NCBI GenBank assembly: GCA_020536535.1
Contig: JAHLWZ010000721.1
Span: 1-64,000 of the forward strand
Direction of reading: 5' to 3'
DNA: 64,000 nucleotides
Origin: Pelomyxa schiedti
Lineage: Eukaryota > Protista > Evosea
Shown piece after piece: positions 59,335 to 64,000 of this stretch (positions within the stretch are counted from its first letter, which is position 1; each line of letters begins with the position of its first letter). The position numbers and the translations under genes are program-made. The notes beneath the pieces were generated by a model. That model was not told where the DNA came from. It did no database searches and saw nothing but the letters and a program-made list of their open reading frames with translations.

Positions 59335-62034
59335 ATGAGCACCGCCGATCGTCGGCAGGCACCAGCGCAGGCACCGGCACAGGCCGTCGATGTCTCTCAA
59401 CAGCAATTTGCACGCCCTGTTGTCTCAGAGATCAACGCCGACGGCGGCGACGTAGAGGAGGAAGGGGCGCCCTCGGCAGACACTGGTAGTACGCCTACTG
59501 CAACTACTGTTACTACCGCCGCAACGGGTACCGAGGCAGTGGCAAATTGTGGGACGGGGGCGGCGGCCGTTGGTTGCGACGCGACTGGATACAGGTTGGT
59601 GCTGCACAACTTGCCCAAGTACTGTAAGGAGCCCAAGTTGCGAAAACTACTAGATTCGTTCGGCACACCTCTCAAGTACTCGAAGGTGCGTGTGTGCTTC
59701 GTATTGTTGTTGTTGTTGATTTACACGCAGAGTGAAAGGGGGGGTGTTATGTCGGGTTGTTTGGTTGTGTAACACTGCCTGCATGTGTAGATAAAGAAAG
59801 TTGCTCCTTCACCTTCCGCTGTTGTTATGTTTGACACCAAGGAAGATATGGAGGCCGCCCTCTCGGTTATTCAAAACGCTCCGGCCAAGACTGGCGAATT
59901 CGCACGTCTAAAAGTCGAATGTGCTGATGTCAGGAACAAGCGGAAGCTTGACCACGTGCTGGAACTGATGAATTCAAAGCAATCCCGGAATCAGAACGCC
60001 ATATCTGCAACGCATTCTGGTTCTCAAACTATGAGTTGCAATGGAAATGGTGGAAGTGCGGGCATTCAATCTACCACTTCAGTCACGCCACTGACAAAGG
60101 AAGAGGAAAGAAAGAAACTGAACGATGCGGCTGCACCTTGGTGGAATATCCCCTACGACGAGCAACTGCAGCGAAAAGCGCGAATCGTGTTTAAAGTGCG
60201 TTGTATCGTGCCCAGTTTAAAACGCATTAATTACCACCAAAGTAGGCAATGGGAACTTTGTATCGAGACCTCCTAAAGGAAGGGCAACAACAGAAACCCC
60301 ACTGGGTTGTAGAAGCAGAAAAGGCACCTCCTCAGTTAGTGGTTCCAATAAATTATAAAGCACTTATATCACCCACCTTGGCTGAGCCTGCACCTGCCAA
60401 ATTACCACAAGGGGGGAATGTACCAGAGGCAAGTGCCGCTAAAACCCCTCGATACCAACGTCACATTGTGCCCTTTCGTGGGGAGATTATTCCCAGCCCT
60501 GTCACAAACTGCTATCGCAATAAAGTGTCTTTCAGCATTGGCTTGGACTCCCAGCTTCACCCCTGTGTTGGATTTCTTCTCGGGGCAACGCATGAAGGCA
60601 TCATAGCGGTTGGGGACCCATCACAATGTCCTATTGTCCCGGAATTTGCCCTGACTTTACGGAATGCAATGCAAACCTACATAAGTCAGGAAGGGAAGAG
60701 ATATGAACCCTACGACAAACTCGCACAGAAAGGCTTTTGGAGAGAAATGATGGTAAGGACATTTACAACAGGAGAAACTGCAATTGTCATCCAGGTTTGC
60801 TTGTGGCTCTTAGTATTCTTTCTCACAAAATAGAAAGGTTAATCCCAAAGGAGTCAGTGACGCCGAGTTAGAAACAGTGAAATTAGAATTAACAGCTGTG
60901 TTTCAGGCAGAAAAGGCAGGGTCACTTGCCCTTCAGTGCCATACAGGTTCATCAAATGTGGCTGAGAATACACCATCAACTCCTATATACGGTTCACAGA
61001 CTGTTCATGAGTCTCTGTTGGGAATGAGGTTCCGTATCTCACCTGCTGCTTTTTTCCAAGTGAATACCAAGGGATGTGAGAAGTTGTATTCCTTGGTGCG
61101 GGAATCAGTTCAAAAGATCATAGAAAAGATAAGACAGGGCAATAACGATGCTCAAGTTGTCCTTCTAGATCTGTGCTGTGGTGTGGGCACAATTGGACAG
61201 ATCTTGGCACCATTAGTAAGTCGCGTTGTTGGAGTGGAAATATGCCCAGAAGCTGTTGAGGTTCTTTTTCCTCTTCCCTCCGGAAAATGGCCAACTCACC
61301 TAGGTTGTTTGCAGGATGCACGAATAAATTGCCAATTGAATGGCTTGACCAACGTTACTTACATGAATTCTAAGGCTGAAGCCGTAATGGAAGCGATTCT
61401 GTCATCCAATGAACATTACATTGCTGTAGTTGACCCCCCTCGGTACCTCTTTCCCAGTACAAAAAACACATAGATGAACAAACAAACAACTAAACATTAC
61501 ACGCAATAAAAGCAAACTCCACTCGGCAAAATTCAACAGCTCACAACCTTTCACAGAGGTGGACTTCATCCAACGGTTAGCAAAGCGCTGCGGAGATGCT
61601 TACGGGTGACCGACGTTGTCTACGTGTCGTGCAACCCCAAGTCGCTCGTGCAGGACATGAAGACTCTGTGCCGCGGTGCTTCCAAGAACATGCCGCACAC
61701 TCCCTTCGCCCCGGTCAAAGTCACCGCCGTCGACATGTTCCCACTCACGGACCACGTGGAAGTTGTTGTATCTATGCAAAGGGACACAACCTCACAGCAA
61801 CCAACACCAACACCAACACCAACACCAACACCAACACCAACACCAACACCAACACCAACACCAACACCAACACCGGCAACAAACGCAACAACCACAACAC
61901 CAGCATCAACACCAAGTCCAGAAATGGCATCAACATCAACACCTCACACAATAGCCTCAGAACCCACAAGCACAACAACAACAACATCCAATGACAAATC
62001 CACCTTCCCCCAAGCAACAAGCCAAGTCCCTTGA
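59335..62034 (+). CDS. TRMT2A: tRNA (uracil-5-)-methyltransferase, TRMT2A-like
   Basis: N-terminal RRM; PWWNIPYDEQL; YRNKVSFSIG; GFWREMMVR; FRISPAAFFQVNT; LDLCCGVGTIG; VDPPR; VYVSCNP; AVDMFPLTDHVE. Confidence 0.95.
61801..61873 (+). repeat. (CCAACA)n coding microsatellite (Pro-Thr repeat)
   Basis: About 12 perfect hexamer units in the TRMT2A C-terminal tail. Confidence 0.95.
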
Positions 62035-62117
62035 TAAAACTGGCCACTAATACCGCAACACACCAAAAGGCCAAAACTTTTTTCCCTTTTTTTCTCTTTT
62101 TTCGTCGAAATCGGGGA

Positions 62118-64000
62118 ATGACGACCCACCCGACTCGGAACGACGCGAGCGGCGACGAGAGCGGGGGAGGAGGGGCGAGCTCGGCTGGGGCCGGGGCGAT
62201 GGACCTGCCGAGGGACGTGGTGGGGAGGGTGCTGGTGTACGTCGCGGGGGAGCCGAGGGCGACGCCCAGGGGGTGGGGCGCGAGGCTGGGCCCCCTGTCC
62301 GGGCTGCTGGCGTGCGCCCTCGTGTGCAGGGCGTGGCGGGACTATGTAATTCGCCACCCACCCACCCATCTCGGCACCAGCGCCCATAATGCCCACCGCA
62401 CCCCCCACACACCTACCTCGTCGTGGTTGTGGCTGTTGTGGTTGTGGCGCAGGCTGATGTTCTGGTGTTCATTATGGGAGTGTTCATTTGTGTTTAAACC
62501 AAAAACCAAACCAAAACAGGACAAATAAAAACAAATAAAAGCAGCACCTGAACAACTTTAGGTTTATGATATGTGCCAAGGGCCACCTTGCAAAGGCACC
62601 AATTTTTTGAGTGCTGTTGAGCCAAGAAATGACCCTCTGGTCCTTGAGTACACACCAGCTGCCCCTACCCCTCCCCCCTCAGGGGCTTCTTCTTCTTTGG
62701 CCTCTTCATTTTCATCACTTTGGTCATATGTTCCTAAAGTGTGGGGCACTAGCAGTTCAGCGACACCCAGCACCACCGCTCCTCTTATAAATAATGCCAG
62801 TGTCACTTTTTCGCCAAAGCAGTCATCCACCCTTCTTGCCCATAGCGGAAGAGTGACTGCTGTGGCCTGGATGGATGATAAAGGAATGGTATCAACATCA
62901 TTCGACAGCACAGTCTTACTCACAGTATGAACTTCTCAGACCACTTATTGTATATGTGGGTGGGGAATCAAACCTGAAGAAGTTAATAAAATAGATGTGT
63001 AACAATGCCGTCTACAGCGTTGGTCCAACGACTATGGTGCTGTCTATATACAGAGTGTTCTTAGAACACACTCCAACTCACTGCTCTCTTGTGATACATC
63101 GCCTTCTGGATCCATAGCGGTAGCTGGAGGAATGGATGGTACTGCTCTCAAAATACCTAAATGATGAAACAATAACTATGGTGCCATTATAAGGGATCTT
63201 GACTGCGATTGATACTAATGGACGAAGCATTATCAATGATTTCCACATTGACCATAGTGAAGATGGCCCTGGAGCAATGGCAGTAAAATTCGTTGATAAT
63301 GATCACGTCATTGTAGGATGTTCTGACGGCACATGCATTGCACTCTCCTTACAAGGGTGGAAACAGAGCACCTCATTTTCGACTGGAAAGGTTGTTCAGT
63401 AATATATTTGCTTGAGTAATAACTACGATAGGACGAAATAACTTGTATTTCTCACAATCCTGTGTTTAATCTTCTGGCGGTTTCTACTCTCCAATGTGCC
63501 AAAATTTATGACTTGCGGTGTGCAACAAAACAAGCTGTCACTTTGGGGTCAGGGTGGACCAGTGACATCACGTCTATTTCTCTATCTCCCAGTGGACACA
63601 TTGTTGCCACAGGCGGTACAGGTGTGTTTCACGTTCCATGGGATTAAATATATTCACATTCACAAACAGACTCTTCTTGCTCCGTCTATGATATCCGGCT
63701 ACCCAGTTTCGCAACAGGAACTCTCAAACACCCATATTACCCAAAACACCGGGTCATTACACACTCCCCCACCGCCTTCACCAAGCCACTCACTCCCCCA
63801 CTCCGCACCGGAGTTTCCGGCATAGGATTCTCCAGCAGCGGCTACCTCCTGGCCAGCTACTGTGACCCGATTCCAGAGGTCCGCGGCTGGTGCATATCAA
63901 CCAGCACACCCCAGTGTGTATGGACCAGCCCAAATAGCTTCCCCCTGCCCTCCACATGCCTCTCTGTCAACCGCACTTACTCAGCCTTTGCTGTTGGCTC
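62118..64000 (+). CDS. F-box/WD40-repeat protein, runs off the window end
   Basis: DLPRDVVGRVLVYV...LLACALVCRAWRD (F-box); AHSGRVTAVAW...VSTSFDSTV, VIVGCSDG, ITSISLSPSGHIVATGG (WD40). Confidence 0.8.

Noticed and set aside
61801-61873. (CCAACA)n as a telomere-like or poly-QH/TN ORF signal
   Set aside because: Simple coding microsatellite giving a Pro-Thr tail in TRMT2A.

Overview
Gene-dense eukaryotic (protist) genomic scaffold with many short GT-AG introns and four 100-N gaps whose flanks are duplicated (assembly artefacts). The style and an 'ARDQFLAL..RCG' orphan gene recall an archamoeba such as Pelomyxa, but this is inference. About 21 genes can be outlined: an orphan, a CAR/Git3-like GPCR, Ariadne RBR E3, a signal-peptide-bearing LanC-like protein, RING-vWA, R2R3 Myb, Nudix, MAK/ICK kinase, WDR13-like, two CPA1 Na+/H+ antiporters, TRMT2A, F-box/WD40 and several hypotheticals. 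Three things stand out. (1) A tandem pair of genes (19831-30014) encodes N-myristoylation motif - RI-type LRR array - unknown domain - Pro/Thr linker - SAM - caspase-fold (C14) protease. Each LRR is a separate 84-nt phase-1 exon repeated together with a homologous intron, which suggests a diversifying immune sensor-protease system. (2) A receptor-like protein fuses a bacterial NMT1/THI5-type solute-binding ectodomain through one TM helix to a class I cyclic-nucleotide phosphodiesterase. (3) A large beta-rich/coiled-coil protein with a hydrophobic hairpin lies next to an intronless HEXXH metallopeptidase, a toxin-like pair. Gene models were assembled by eye, so multi-exon gene ends are approximate.
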